This document shows positions 1 through 9,759 of a stretch of DNA of 64,000 nt, in pieces. The notes under the pieces were generated by a model that saw only the letters and a program-made list of their open reading frames with translations, did no database searches and had not been told where the DNA came from. The DNA is from Candidatus Multivoradales bacterium (GTDB taxonomy: Bacteria; Acidobacteriota; Thermoanaerobaculia; Multivoradales; J023), in contig CBDFLE010000005.1 in assembly GCA_965248925.1 (NCBI GenBank), positions 96,001 through 160,000 of the forward strand. Reading direction: 5' to 3'. The position numbers were made by a program, and so were the translations under genes. Within the stretch, counting starts at the first letter, position 1. Each line of letters starts with the position of its first letter.

Positions 1-478
1 CGGTGTCTTGTGGACTTGCCCCGCGCAGCGCCGAGGCAATTTCCTGCTCAAGGCACGTTTCGCGGCGGACGATTTGCCACAGACGCCAGCTGCCTACTCC
101 GGTCTTGGCCAGAGCGATACAGCGCCATTCTGATAACGTCGTTCCGAGTCCCGAGTGTAGGCGAGCCCACTCGATCAGACGCTGCCGCCCCTTATCGAGT
201 TGGGTGAAGAAGTGTTCGCGGTAGGAAAGCGCTAACCAGCGGTCGCCGATCTCTGCCCGCCAGTCGCCTCCAGGCTGCTGCTCTGCCAATCCGCGGCTGT
301 CTAATTCTTGCAGCACTGAACGACCCAGGACAGGTGGCCAAATACAGCCGCTCGCTACATCTTTGCGCGGCAAGTCTGGTGGCTGTCGCGGAGCCGCAGT
401 GGCACTCTGCTCGCGTTCATCCGAATCGAGGATCGGTGGCTCGGCGCCTACTTCTTCTGCTTCTGCTTCTGCTTGCAT
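1..478 (-). CDS. C-terminal portion (or translationally coupled partner) of the MglA-like GTPase protein; runs off the window edge
   Basis: Frame is open from about 532 to position 1 (…IWPPVLGR…WARLH…WRLWQIV…). ATG at 478 overlaps the TAA of the GTPase ORF (TAATG). Absent from the ORF track because it has no stop inside the window. Confidence 0.6.
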   Translation of the reverse strand, partial: MQAEAEAEEVGAEPPILDSDEREQSATAAPRQPPDLPRKDVASGCIWPPVLGRSVLQELDSRGLAEQQPGGDWRAEIGDRWLALSYREHFFTQLDKGRQRLIEWARLHSGLGTTLSEWRCIALAKTGVGSWRLWQIVRRETCLEQEIASALRGASPQDT

Positions 479-1236
479 TACTTGTTGCAACCACACGCTC
501 GCCGCGGCAGGATGCTGCTCAGTGACCGTGAGTTATCGAAAGTCGCTGACTGCTGCTCTGCCGAATCACTGACCAGCGGCACTAGTTTGAGTTGTTCGAG
601 GAGTTCTTTGCCAGCTTGAGGACGGGTCTGGCTGATCGGCAGTTCCTGGTTTCGCATTTGCTCACGGACCCGGTCCAGAGCCTGACGGACGGCCGCTACG
701 AAGGATTCGCGAATGCCCAGTCCATGGCTTGCGGTCGATTCGACCAAGACTAGCCTGGGGTGCTCCAGAAACAACTCGCGCAGTTTCTGGAGCGGCACCG
801 CACCGGGCAAGTCTCTCTTGTTGGCTTGCAGAACAAGACCCGCCGGTGGGCCGGGCTCCCGTTCCAACAACGGCAATAAGCTGTCAAAGGTAGGTAAAGC
901 TTGTTCCAATCGCGCGGGGTCACTGTCGACGACAAAAATCACTGCGTCGGCATCAGCGAGCAAGAATTTACGCCTTTCTATTAGGGATTTTTGCCCAGGA
1001 ACGCTGACGATCTGACAGCGGACCGAATGACCGTTGACTACCCCGCCCCGGTATTCCATCCAGTCGAAAAAGAGTGTCCGTCCGCTCGCCTCGGCTGGGG
1101 AGAATACTGAACTGCGCCGACTTTGAGCAACAGTCGTCGCTAGGGCTCGAACCGAAGTGGTCTTCCCCGAGAGAGGTGGGCCGTCGTAAACGATCCTGAC
1201 AACAACATCCTGACTCCCTGGGTCTAGCCAAGCCAT
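478..1236 (-). CDS. MglA-like small GTPase
   Basis: RIVYDGPPLSGKTT (G1), RTLFFDW (G2), SVPGQ (G3), QANKRD (G4). Confidence 0.85.
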   Translation of the reverse strand: MAWLDPGSQDVVVRIVYDGPPLSGKTTSVRALATTVAQSRRSSVFSPAEASGRTLFFDWMEYRGGVVNGHSVRCQIVSVPGQKSLIERRKFLLADADAVIFVVDSDPARLEQALPTFDSLLPLLEREPGPPAGLVLQANKRDLPGAVPLQKLRELFLEHPRLVLVESTASHGLGIRESFVAAVRQALDRVREQMRNQELPISQTRPQAGKELLEQLKLVPLVSDSAEQQSATFDNSRSLSSILPRRACGCNK

Positions 1237-1338
1237 CTGTGCGCGTGGGAAGGGGCGATTTGTCTAGGTATTTAGGGTGTCAGCGAGCGAACCGTCACCT
1301 ATCGGGCCAGCTCGCTTGCCGAGCGAAGGCCATTGGGA

Positions 1339-1746
1339 TCAGGCTGCTGCCTCGACCGGGTCTAGCATCTGCCTTGTCTTGGCGATCACCATGCCGAGGT
1401 TGGCGCCGCCACGAGTGACGGTGACCAGCACCTGCTCCTGGTACCTCTTGCCACGAATGAAAACGTGGATCAGGTTTTGCGACATCACCAGGATCTCTTT
1501 GAAATAGTGCTCGTCGTCGTCGTCCGGCAGGCCCCGGACCTTCTTGAACAGTTTTTCAATAGTAGTAACGTTGCTACCCTGAAAAAGATCGCCAGTCGCG
1601 GCAGCCAAGATGTCGAGCACTTCCTGCGGGTGCGAATCCACCGTCTTGTAGGCCAGTAGCATGCCGGTGTTCATGTCGATGAAACCAGCCGCCAAACATT
1701 CCGGAACAGTCTTGACAACGTCACCAATCACCGAATCCAAAGACAT
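1339..1746 (-). CDS. Roadblock/MglB-like small protein
   Basis: GAGGAG RBS before ATG 1746. AAGFIDMNTGMLL pattern. Lies directly upstream of the MglA-like gene. Confidence 0.6.
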   Translation of the reverse strand: MSLDSVIGDVVKTVPECLAAGFIDMNTGMLLAYKTVDSHPQEVLDILAAATGDLFQGSNVTTIEKLFKKVRGLPDDDDEHYFKEILVMSQNLIHVFIRGKRYQEQVLVTVTRGGANLGMVIAKTRQMLDPVEAAA

Positions 1747-1890
1747 AGTCCACTCCTCTACTCTCCACCGATTAATCAACTTCCCAGGCGCGGCAGCTTT
1801 GAGCTGTCGCGGCCCAGGCGGTCCAACTTCCAAGACGTTCGACGATAGCACGGATGCATGGGGCCAGGGTAACCGGATATAGTAGCGCGG

Positions 1891-2529
1891 ATGCTTTTTG
1901 GCCTAACCCAAGTTTGTCTGCCGTGTCGCGATCTTGCTCTGTCCCTGCGCTTCTATTCTGACCTTCTGGGCTTTCCTTTGCTGCGAAGATCTGACCTCCA
2001 GGCCGATCTGGACGCCAACGGAGGGGGCATCCGTCTGTGTCAGACAGATAGCAATATTGGGCCGTCCCTGCGCCTGCGGCTGCATACCACCGAGCCGGCC
2101 GAGGCGGTGCGAGAGTTGATTGCCCAAGGGGCCAGCCGAGGAGCCGCCACGCGCCGCAGTGCAGAACTCGAGTGGATCGGTGAGATTGTCGATCCGGACG
2201 GCCACCGGCTGGAGCTTTGGTGCGCGCTGAGCGAGGACGAGCTGGACTTCGTCCCCGACCTGCCGACCTCCCTGGAATGGACTTCGTCCGCCACTGCCTT
2301 GTTGCAGGCTCTGCTGGCCGGAGTGCCTGAGTCGTTTCGCGCGCCGGCAAGGGAGAACACTGTTCGCACGGCCGAGTATCTGGCTGGCTCCAGCTTGCGT
2401 GTGGGTCGGCGGGAGGCGATTCGCGGCTTTGTTCGGGCAACTCCTCGATTGCGTCGTGATCAGCTGAAGCCAGCGCTGCGGCAGCAGGCGATTGATCCGG
2501 CGGATTATCGAAGGGATTTCGATTCGTGA
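1891..2529 (+). CDS. VOC/glyoxalase-family protein with C-terminal DUF2621-like helical domain
   Basis: DLALSLRFYSDLLGF and DPDGHRLEL VOC motifs. C-terminal W..A..LL..VP..FR…IRGFVRATP pattern. Confidence 0.65.
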   Translation: MLFGLTQVCLPCRDLALSLRFYSDLLGFPLLRRSDLQADLDANGGGIRLCQTDSNIGPSLRLRLHTTEPAEAVRELIAQGASRGAATRRSAELEWIGEIVDPDGHRLELWCALSEDELDFVPDLPTSLEWTSSATALLQALLAGVPESFRAPARENTVRTAEYLAGSSLRVGRREAIRGFVRATPRLRRDQLKPALRQQAIDPADYRRDFDS

Positions 2530-2584
2530 GTGGCCGACAGAGTTCTTTAGGGGCGAGGATTCACGCCATTGCTGGGGAGGTCGG

Positions 2585-3262
2585 ATGAGCGCTTCAGAGG
2601 CCGCCGCCCATCATTTTGTGCTTTCGGTGTGCCACCGGGTGGTGGATCCGCAGACCACCGCCTCGTGGCTGGTCTCCGAGCTTGATTTCTGGTCAGGTGA
2701 GGTGTTTCCGGACGGAGCGGTGGTGGAGAATGGAGCGCTGAGTCTCCGGCTGCTGCTGTGCGCAGACCGCGCTGAGAGTGTCCGGCCGCTGCGGCTGGAA
2801 GTGGTCTGCCGCGATTTGGCGGCTTCGTCTCACCGCCTGACCTCTTTCCCCGGAGTGGCCTCATTGGCGGCCGCGCGACAAGTGAGCAGCAACCGCTTGG
2901 AGCAACGACTGAAGACCCCTTTCGGCATCGAACTGGTGTTGGCCAGAACTCTGGATGAGGACGAGCTGGGTATCAAACCGCCGCTCGAGAAGAATATTCT
3001 GTGGCGAGAAGCGGCTGAGGAGCTGGTGCGGGAAACCATGCGCTGCGTACCGTTGGCTTTCCGCGCAGATGCTCGTGCCAAGGCTATCGCTCGGGCAGAG
3101 TATCTGGCCGGCTTGGAGGGCAGTATCGAAGTCGAAGCGGAGCAGGCGATTCGGGCGCTGATCGAAACCACTCCTGAGTTCAAGCGGGATGACCTACAGC
3201 GGTCGCTCATCAGTCAGGGAGTAGATTTACGGTCGTTGACCATGGTTTTGCCGAAGACATGA
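2585..3262 (+). CDS. Divergent VOC-like protein with DUF2621-like domain (paralogue of the upstream gene)
   Basis: GGGGAGG RBS before ATG 2585. Shares L.EDEL, W…A..L…VP..FR, AEYLAG and TP…RD.L…ID/VD with 1891-2529. Confidence 0.55.
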   Translation: MSASEAAAHHFVLSVCHRVVDPQTTASWLVSELDFWSGEVFPDGAVVENGALSLRLLLCADRAESVRPLRLEVVCRDLAASSHRLTSFPGVASLAAARQVSSNRLEQRLKTPFGIELVLARTLDEDELGIKPPLEKNILWREAAEELVRETMRCVPLAFRADARAKAIARAEYLAGLEGSIEVEAEQAIRALIETTPEFKRDDLQRSLISQGVDLRSLTMVLPKT

Positions 3263-4812
3263 ATTTGCTTTCAGAGCTGTTCGCTCGCCTCCGTCGGTTG
3301 CTGCAGCTAGCCCGTCTTGGGCTGGGTTTTCTGCGCTTGAAGCGGGCCCGCGATGCGGATTCACGGCGCCGTGCCAGGGAAGTGTTGGCAGCACTGATGG
3401 CCGGTGCTCGAGGACTCTCCGCCAAGATCGGTCAAACGATGGCGACCGGCCACAGCGAAGATCCCTTTGCCGAACTGAGCAATCGTCTTCCGGCTCTACC
3501 GTTGAGTGAGATCTTGCCCCATCTGGAGCGCGCTTTGGGAGCGCCAGCGGAGCGTTTTTTTGCCGAACTTGAGCCGGCTCGCGCCGCTGCTTCGATCGGC
3601 CAAGTTCATCGGGCCGTGTTGTTCGACGGGCAAACCGTGGCGGTCAAGATCCAATATCCCGGTATCGATGTCGCTATCGATGTCGAGTTGGGGTTGGCTG
3701 GACTAGCTCCGGCGGGTGGGCCGATCAAGACCTGGGGTTTCGATCTACAAAGCTACAAGTTGCTGCTGCGGCAGAACCTGAGTCGCGAACTCGACTATCT
3801 TGGCGAAGCGCAGCGCCAGCACGACTTTGGACAACAGGTGCAGGTCGATGGATTGCGAGTGCCGCGGGTTTATGGCGAATTCTGCCGCAAGCAGGTTCTG
3901 GTGCAGTCCTGGGCAGACGGGGTCGGGATCCAAGAGGCGGCTAGTTGGCCTCTACGAGATCGCCTATTGGCCGGCAAGACTCTGCTCGAGACCTTCTTTG
4001 TCAGTTTGTTCGAAGTGGGTTTGATCCATGCCGACCCGCACCCGGGGAACATTCTCTTCAAGCGCCACCAGAAGCAACCGCCTAGCGTTACTTTGCTCGA
4101 CTACGGTTGCATGATAGAACTCACTCGGACTCATCGGCTGGCCTTGCTCCGGATGCTCTTCGGGCTGCGCGACCGGCAGGTAGGGGTTGGGCTGCAAAGC
4201 CTCTGTGCTCTGGGATTCGACGGTCGCCGCTTGGCTCCGATCCACCAACGCCTGGATCTGCTATGTGGGCTGCTGCTGGAGCCGCTGCTCGTCGAGCGGC
4301 CCTTTGATCTTGCTGGTTGGCGCTGTGGCGAGCGCAGCGCGGAACTGCTCGGTGAGCTGCGCTGGTGGTTTCGGTCGGCCGCGCCGGCCGATTTTCTCCT
4401 GCTGGTGCGAGCTTTTTTCGGTCTGTCGACGCAGTTGCAGAAGCTCGGCGTGACTTTGCCTTGGTGGCCGATTCTCGAACGCTGTCTTGCGCCAAGCCTG
4501 CTCAGTCAGGGTGCGGACTACCGGTTACCGCCGCTGCCGGAGAATCTGGTGATCAATGATGGACCGGCGTCGGCACGTTTTCTCAAAGTGCGGGTGATCA
4601 AGGACCAGCAGGAGGTGGTGGCGCTGACTTTGCCGGCCATTGAGGCCCTAGATTTGCCTTCGCTGGTGCCCGCGGAGATCCGGCGAGCGGTAGAGCGACA
4701 TGGGATTGACTTGGCAGAACTAGTCGAGGAGGTGCGTGAACGGCATTTTGAACCGCAGGACTTGTTTCGGCTGCAATCGGGCTCGAAAGAGTACCGAGTG
4801 TGGATAGAATAA
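3259..4812 (+). CDS. ABC1/AarF/UbiB-family atypical protein kinase
   Basis: KIGQ, AAASIGQVHRA, VAVKIQYPG, ELDY, HADPHPGN, LLDYG. Confidence 0.9.
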   Translation: MNLLSELFARLRRLLQLARLGLGFLRLKRARDADSRRRAREVLAALMAGARGLSAKIGQTMATGHSEDPFAELSNRLPALPLSEILPHLERALGAPAERFFAELEPARAAASIGQVHRAVLFDGQTVAVKIQYPGIDVAIDVELGLAGLAPAGGPIKTWGFDLQSYKLLLRQNLSRELDYLGEAQRQHDFGQQVQVDGLRVPRVYGEFCRKQVLVQSWADGVGIQEAASWPLRDRLLAGKTLLETFFVSLFEVGLIHADPHPGNILFKRHQKQPPSVTLLDYGCMIELTRTHRLALLRMLFGLRDRQVGVGLQSLCALGFDGRRLAPIHQRLDLLCGLLLEPLLVERPFDLAGWRCGERSAELLGELRWWFRSAAPADFLLLVRAFFGLSTQLQKLGVTLPWWPILERCLAPSLLSQGADYRLPPLPENLVINDGPASARFLKVRVIKDQQEVVALTLPAIEALDLPSLVPAEIRRAVERHGIDLAELVEEVRERHFEPQDLFRLQSGSKEYRVWIE

Positions 4813-4868
4813 CCTCTTCAGAGTCCCTTTGGGCAGCGGGAAGTTGCCCCGATTCTCCCTGAGTCTTT

Positions 4869-6338
4869 ATGAAGACAATCCTCATTGCCGATGATGATCC
4901 GCTGGTTCTGGAGTTGATCGAGGAAGTTTTGACCGGCGCTGGATATGCGGTCATCACCACCACCGAGCCCGCCGATTTGGGCGCCTTGCTAGACGAAAAC
5001 CAGGTGGATGCCATCATCCTCGATGTCGTCATGCCCAAGGTTTCAGGCTTCGATCTGCTGCGGGAGGTGCGCTCGCAGGAACGCTGGCGGGCCCTGCCGA
5101 TACTCTTGCTCTCCGCCAACACCGATTCTGAGCGGCGAGTCAGAGGTTTTCGCGGGGGCGCCGACGATTTTATGGCCAAACCATTCGATGGCTATGAGCT
5201 TCTTTCCCGCCTCGAGAGATTGGTGCCGAGAGAAAGCGCCAGCCCGGCTCTCGCCGGTGATTTAAGTGGCTTCTCTATTCCCGAGCTGCTGCAGAACCTA
5301 CAGCGCAATCATCAAACCGGGTGCCTCTACCTCAGTGAATTGCCGGCGGAGGCGCTGGTCGAGTTTGCCGATGGTGGCATCGTGCGAGCGAGCATGGGGC
5401 AGTTGGGCAGTTACGACAGCTTGCTGGCTCTGGTCGCTAGCTCGGGCGGCAGGTTTCGGTTTCGCGCCGAAGATGTCTTGTCCGCTGGAACCGAGCCGAT
5501 GAAGATAGAGCGCTTGCTGTTGGAGGCAGCTTGGCTAGAAGACGAGCTGGCCAAGAGGCGACAGTGGCTGCCGGACGAGAACCAGGAGCTGTGCCCCACG
5601 GGGCAATCCATGAGTTCTGTCGATGAGCAGCTCAGCGAGCTGCCGCTGACCGACGTCTTACAGAGGCTCGAGAGTTTGTCGTCGGTCACGATGGCCGCTC
5701 TGGTGGCCGAGGAAATTGCCGCTCCGGTTCGTACGCGACTCGCTTTGGCGCTACTTTTTGAGGGCGGCGCGTTGGTCGCGGGGGCCTCGCCATGCTCCGC
5801 GGCCAAGGCCCCCGTGGAGCTGACCAGTCTAGGCAGATTGATCGAACTAGCAGCGGCCCGCGGCTTTGACAGGCCGATTCGGTTGCTGATTCTGGCCCTC
5901 CCTTCCGCCTGGCGCGATGTCACCGATTTCTTGCGCCGAATTCCTGCCGAACTGATGCCCAAGGAGCGACGGAAACTGCTCGACCAGTTGACTGCTCGTG
6001 GTAGCGGGGTGGTGAAGTTGAGTAGCTTGGACGGGGTGATCATGCTGAGTGTGCAGCAGGTGAGGCTCGATCGCCCATTCACTGAGTCTCCTTTGCTGCG
6101 CCTTGCGGCAGGCACCATGCTGTGGCTCGGAGAAGAGAGTCTGAAGGGCGAGTTTGAGGTGATTCTGGAGGGACTTCAGCTGTCGCCGAGCCGGCCGGCC
6201 GGGATTATCTTCGACCCCCGGCAGCGTCTTCAGGATGCGTTTGCTGGCACTATCCAGAGATTTGATCGATGGCGGGTTCTCGATTCCCCGCCAGAGTCAG
6301 TTTGGCAGCTTGAGGAGCTGTTCTTTGGTGCTGATTGA
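4869..6338 (+). CDS. Response regulator receiver + DUF4388 domain protein
   Basis: ILIADDD…LDVVMP…GADDFMAKPF receiver, followed by LAGDLSGFSIPELLQ…TGCL (DUF4388/PatA-like). Confidence 0.8.
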   Translation: MKTILIADDDPLVLELIEEVLTGAGYAVITTTEPADLGALLDENQVDAIILDVVMPKVSGFDLLREVRSQERWRALPILLLSANTDSERRVRGFRGGADDFMAKPFDGYELLSRLERLVPRESASPALAGDLSGFSIPELLQNLQRNHQTGCLYLSELPAEALVEFADGGIVRASMGQLGSYDSLLALVASSGGRFRFRAEDVLSAGTEPMKIERLLLEAAWLEDELAKRRQWLPDENQELCPTGQSMSSVDEQLSELPLTDVLQRLESLSSVTMAALVAEEIAAPVRTRLALALLFEGGALVAGASPCSAAKAPVELTSLGRLIELAAARGFDRPIRLLILALPSAWRDVTDFLRRIPAELMPKERRKLLDQLTARGSGVVKLSSLDGVIMLSVQQVRLDRPFTESPLLRLAAGTMLWLGEESLKGEFEVILEGLQLSPSRPAGIIFDPRQRLQDAFAGTIQRFDRWRVLDSPPESVWQLEELFFGAD

Positions 6339-6561
6339 ACTTGTGAAGAGCGGAGACCAAGCTGCCGATGGTTAGCCCACATTGAACGCCTAATCAACAA
6401 GCCCAACAGTGTGCCGCGGTGGCTTTGTCGCCGGAGCTGCTGTGGAGGTCTTGGCGATGACGGCCTGGGGGCCGTTCCGGCACCCTGCCAGAGATGCTTT
6501 TCAGAAGACGCATCCACCGGTAGCTTCGCCGGCCCATGGGACATATAATCCGCCTCCACAT

Positions 6562-6638
6562 GCGGCTGTAGCTCAGGTGGATAGAGCGGGAGTTTCCTAA
6601 ACTCTAGGTCGGGGGTTCAAGTCCTCCCAGCCGCGCCA
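6562..6638 (+). tRNA. tRNA-Arg (anticodon CCT)
   Basis: GCGGCTG/CAGCCGC acceptor stem, D-arm AGCTCAGGTGGATAGAGC, anticodon loop TTCCTAA, GGTTCAAGTCC T-arm, encoded CCA. TATAAT at 6544. Confidence 0.95.
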
Positions 6639-6753
6639 AGGGTCGGGCTCGGAGGCCCAGTATCCCGGAATCCAGCACGGGACAGCCAAGGACTATTGAC
6701 GTCGGGCCAAGAACCCGACCCGCGGGCCGATGCGTCCGCCGTGAGGACAAGCG

Positions 6754-7488
6754 ATGAGCAAGCGACTGACGCGCAAAGAGATCAAGCACGACATCCGCGA
6801 AGATGAAGTGCGCAACGTGCTTGAGGATATTTTCCTCTGGCTGCAGGATAACACCAGGTTGGCCATCGGCCTGGTGGTGGGGCTAGTGGTCTTGATGCTG
6901 CTCGGCTTTGCCGGCCGCTCGTATTTGACGGCCCAGGGCGATCAGGCGAGCGCTGAACTAGCCGCGGCGATGAAACTGAAATCGGCGCCAATCCTCACCG
7001 AAGGATCAACTCCGGACGACCCGGACGAACCTAGTTTCGCCAGTGAGGAGTTGCGCAGCGCCGCCGCCAAGGCTGCCTTCGAGGCTATCCGCGGCCAAAT
7101 GGGTGCCAGTGTCGCGGGCGATATTGCCGGCCTCTACCTGGCGGACTACGCATTGGCAGAGGGCAATCTCGACAGCGCTCGGCAGAGCTGGGAAGAGTTC
7201 CTCGGCAAGCACCAGGGTCACGCCCTGGCGATGTCGGTGAAGCTCAATTTGATTCGCCTCGACCGCCAGCAAGGGCGCAGCGAAGCATTGGTCGAGGAGC
7301 TGCGTTCGGCGCTCGCCAGCTCGCGACACCTGCTGCCCGAGGACGCCTTACTGTTTGAGCTGGCGCAGACCCTGGAGCAGCTCGACCGCGGCGATGAAGC
7401 GGTGGAGTCCTACCAGCAGATACTCGATGACCATCCCAGCTCGCCCTTCGCTGCCGCGGCGCGCGAGCGTACCTCGTCGGTTTCCTGA
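6754..7488 (+). CDS. YfgM-like membrane-anchored TPR protein
   Basis: RKEIK…D N-terminus, single TM helix, C-terminal TPR (ALLFELAQTLEQ…YQQILDDHPSSPFA). Confidence 0.7.
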   Translation: MSKRLTRKEIKHDIREDEVRNVLEDIFLWLQDNTRLAIGLVVGLVVLMLLGFAGRSYLTAQGDQASAELAAAMKLKSAPILTEGSTPDDPDEPSFASEELRSAAAKAAFEAIRGQMGASVAGDIAGLYLADYALAEGNLDSARQSWEEFLGKHQGHALAMSVKLNLIRLDRQQGRSEALVEELRSALASSRHLLPEDALLFELAQTLEQLDRGDEAVESYQQILDDHPSSPFAAAARERTSSVS

Positions 7489-7503
7489 GCCGGGACATCG
7501 CCG

Positions 7504-8793
7504 ATGGACCCTCAAGCCTTCGCTATTCTCGATCGCAAGCGTCTTGGCCACAGCTTGACTTCGAATGAGATTCAAGCGGTGGTCGATGGGGCCGCCGACG
7601 GCTCCTGGGGCGATGCCGAGCTGGGTGCGTTTCTCACTTCGGCGGCTATTCAGGGTCTCAATGCCGAGGAAACCCGCGCTCTGACCGTCGGCATGCTGGA
7701 GTCCGGTGAACAGTGGGATCTGGCTAGCGAGATCGCCAATCTCGGCGACAAGCATTCCACTGGCGGTGTCGGTGACAAGGTGTCGCTGATCTTGTCGCCT
7801 CTGCTGGCCGCCTGTGGCCGGCCGGTGGTGATGCTCACCGGTCGGGGCCTGGGGCACACCGGCGGCACGGCCGACAAGCTCGAAGCGGTGCCAGGGTTGG
7901 ATTTGGCCCTCGACAAGGTACACTGCCTGAGGTCGATTGAACGCTGTGGCTTTGCCATCGGCATGGCCACTGGCGAGATCGCCCCGGCGGACCGGCGGCT
8001 CTACGCCTTGCGCGATCGCACCGCCACTATCGCCTCGCTACAGTTGATCACCGCCAGCATCTTGTCGAAGAAGTTGGCCACCGGTGCTGGGGCGCTGGTG
8101 TTTGACATCAAGACCGGCGCTGGCGCATTCTTGCCCGAACTTGACCAAGGTCGCCAGCTGGGGCGGCTGCTGGTCGACACCGCTGAGAAGATGGGCCGTC
8201 GTTGCCGGGCGCTGATCACCGACATGAGCCAGCCTCTGGGCTTATGGAGCGGCCACACCGCCGAGGTCCGCGAGACCTTTGCTTGTCTTGAGGGTCGCGG
8301 CGCGGCCGACCTGATGGAAGTTACCTTCGCCCTCTGCGAAGAACTCTCGGAACTCACCGGCGGCCGTCTCGAACGAGCTGAGCTGGAGCAGGCGATCAGC
8401 TCCGGGCGGGCACGCGAGCTGTTTGTGGGTTGGGCTGAGGAGCAGGGAGCCGATAGCAGGTGGTTGGCCCAGCCGAGCTTCGAGCTGGCGCCTCATGAAG
8501 TAGTGATCGAGGCCGTGGCCAGCGGTAGCTTGCGCGAAGTCGCCAACCGCCGCCTAGGCGAGTTGTTGACCGCTGCCGGCGGCGGCCGCTTGGAGCCCGG
8601 TGGGCCGATCGACTTTGGTATCTCTCTGCGGGTGGAGAAGAAGCTCGGTGAGCAAGTGGAGCAGGGTGAGCCGCTGGCGCGCATCTACCTGCGGCGGCGA
8701 GACGAGGCGATTGAAAGTGGCTTCGCGGCTTGTTTCGAGATCGGCCAACCGGTGAGCGCGCCCCGCTGGATAGTAGAGCGGATCACTGTCTGA
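7504..8793 (+). CDS. pdp: Thymidine/pyrimidine-nucleoside phosphorylase
   Basis: DKHSTGGVGDK, GRGLGHTGGT.DKLE, ILSKKLA, DIKTG.GAF. Confidence 0.92.
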   Translation: MDPQAFAILDRKRLGHSLTSNEIQAVVDGAADGSWGDAELGAFLTSAAIQGLNAEETRALTVGMLESGEQWDLASEIANLGDKHSTGGVGDKVSLILSPLLAACGRPVVMLTGRGLGHTGGTADKLEAVPGLDLALDKVHCLRSIERCGFAIGMATGEIAPADRRLYALRDRTATIASLQLITASILSKKLATGAGALVFDIKTGAGAFLPELDQGRQLGRLLVDTAEKMGRRCRALITDMSQPLGLWSGHTAEVRETFACLEGRGAADLMEVTFALCEELSELTGGRLERAELEQAISSGRARELFVGWAEEQGADSRWLAQPSFELAPHEVVIEAVASGSLREVANRRLGELLTAAGGGRLEPGGPIDFGISLRVEKKLGEQVEQGEPLARIYLRRRDEAIESGFAACFEIGQPVSAPRWIVERITV

Positions 8794-8817
8794 GCTTCTC
8801 AGTGGTCGTTGCCCTAG

Positions 8818-9759
8818 TTAGTCTGCGCCAAGGTCTTCGCTCAAGGCTAGCTGCAGCAGGTCGGCCAAGCGCTGGCCCGCTTTGGCGATTCGCAACTCGG
8901 CGGTCTCGGCGACCATTCGCCGGTAGCTTCTGGGCGGCCGGCGACCGCGTTCTAGAGTGTCCGGGTACACTCTCTGCAGGCAGATCTTCAGACCTTCTTC
9001 GGACCATTCCCGCGGCTGGTCGCTGGTCAGAGCCGCGGCGAGACTCGACCGCGGGTGGCGGCTGGCGATGCGCTGAGCGATCTCCACGACTGAATCGCGC
9101 GGATATTCGCGGCGCAAGACGCTGTCCCAATAGCGGTGAAGGTTGTCGCGTCGGCGCAGCTTGAAGAGGTTGCCACCGCGATCCCCCTCGGGCTCGCTGG
9201 CGGTCACTCGGGCGGTGGTGTGGAGAGGCTGGTGGATATCGCCTACCAGATGCAGCACCCAGGCGAGGGCCTCGCCCCGCTCGGCAGCTGGGTGTGAAAC
9301 ATCAGCCAACTGACTACGCAGCATGGGCAGCTGACTGAGGATGTTCTCGGCCGGCGGATGCAGATCGTCGCGCCGCCGCGGTTCTTGGCCTGGCGGTTGA
9401 TCCCAGAAATGATTGATGTAGTGCCAGCGGCCATGGTGATAGCGCTGGCGGCGCTCGGGGAATCTGTCGTCCCGCATCAAGTCGGGCCACACGCTGGCGT
9501 CAAGAAACCTCTTGCGGGGGCGCTCGGCCGGGATCGCTGCAAGGGACATTTCCGCCAATCCGGCGCTAGCCGGCATAGCTGCCAACAGGGCCGTCGCACG
9601 CTGCTGAGTAGGCGCATCGAGCTCGTCCCAGGCGAGTTGAGCGACCACCCGGTGGCCTACCGCATCCCAGGCGCTCAATGGGCTAGCGACGGTGAGGGTA
9701 CAAAGCAGGTTAGCGACGACGGTGGGCCAGCGCCACCTCACGGCGAATCCGCGTGCCAA
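8818..9759 (-). CDS. Secreted S1/P1 nuclease
   Basis: Signal peptide then AWD..GH, WPD, WHY, HLVGDIHQPLH, GDRGGN, NLHRYWD. Confidence 0.9.
   Translation of the reverse strand: MARGFAVRWRWPTVVANLLCTLTVASPLSAWDAVGHRVVAQLAWDELDAPTQQRATALLAAMPASAGLAEMSLAAIPAERPRKRFLDASVWPDLMRDDRFPERRQRYHHGRWHYINHFWDQPPGQEPRRRDDLHPPAENILSQLPMLRSQLADVSHPAAERGEALAWVLHLVGDIHQPLHTTARVTASEPEGDRGGNLFKLRRRDNLHRYWDSVLRREYPRDSVVEIAQRIASRHPRSSLAAALTSDQPREWSEEGLKICLQRVYPDTLERGRRPPRSYRRMVAETAELRIAKAGQRLADLLQLALSEDLGAD

Noticed and set aside
450-475. (CTTCTG)n microsatellite
   Set aside because: About three copies encoding an AEAEAE linker; unremarkable.
6562-6750. tRNA-Arg as an island integration site
   Set aside because: I saw no integrase and no duplicated tRNA 3' end; the flanking genes are housekeeping.
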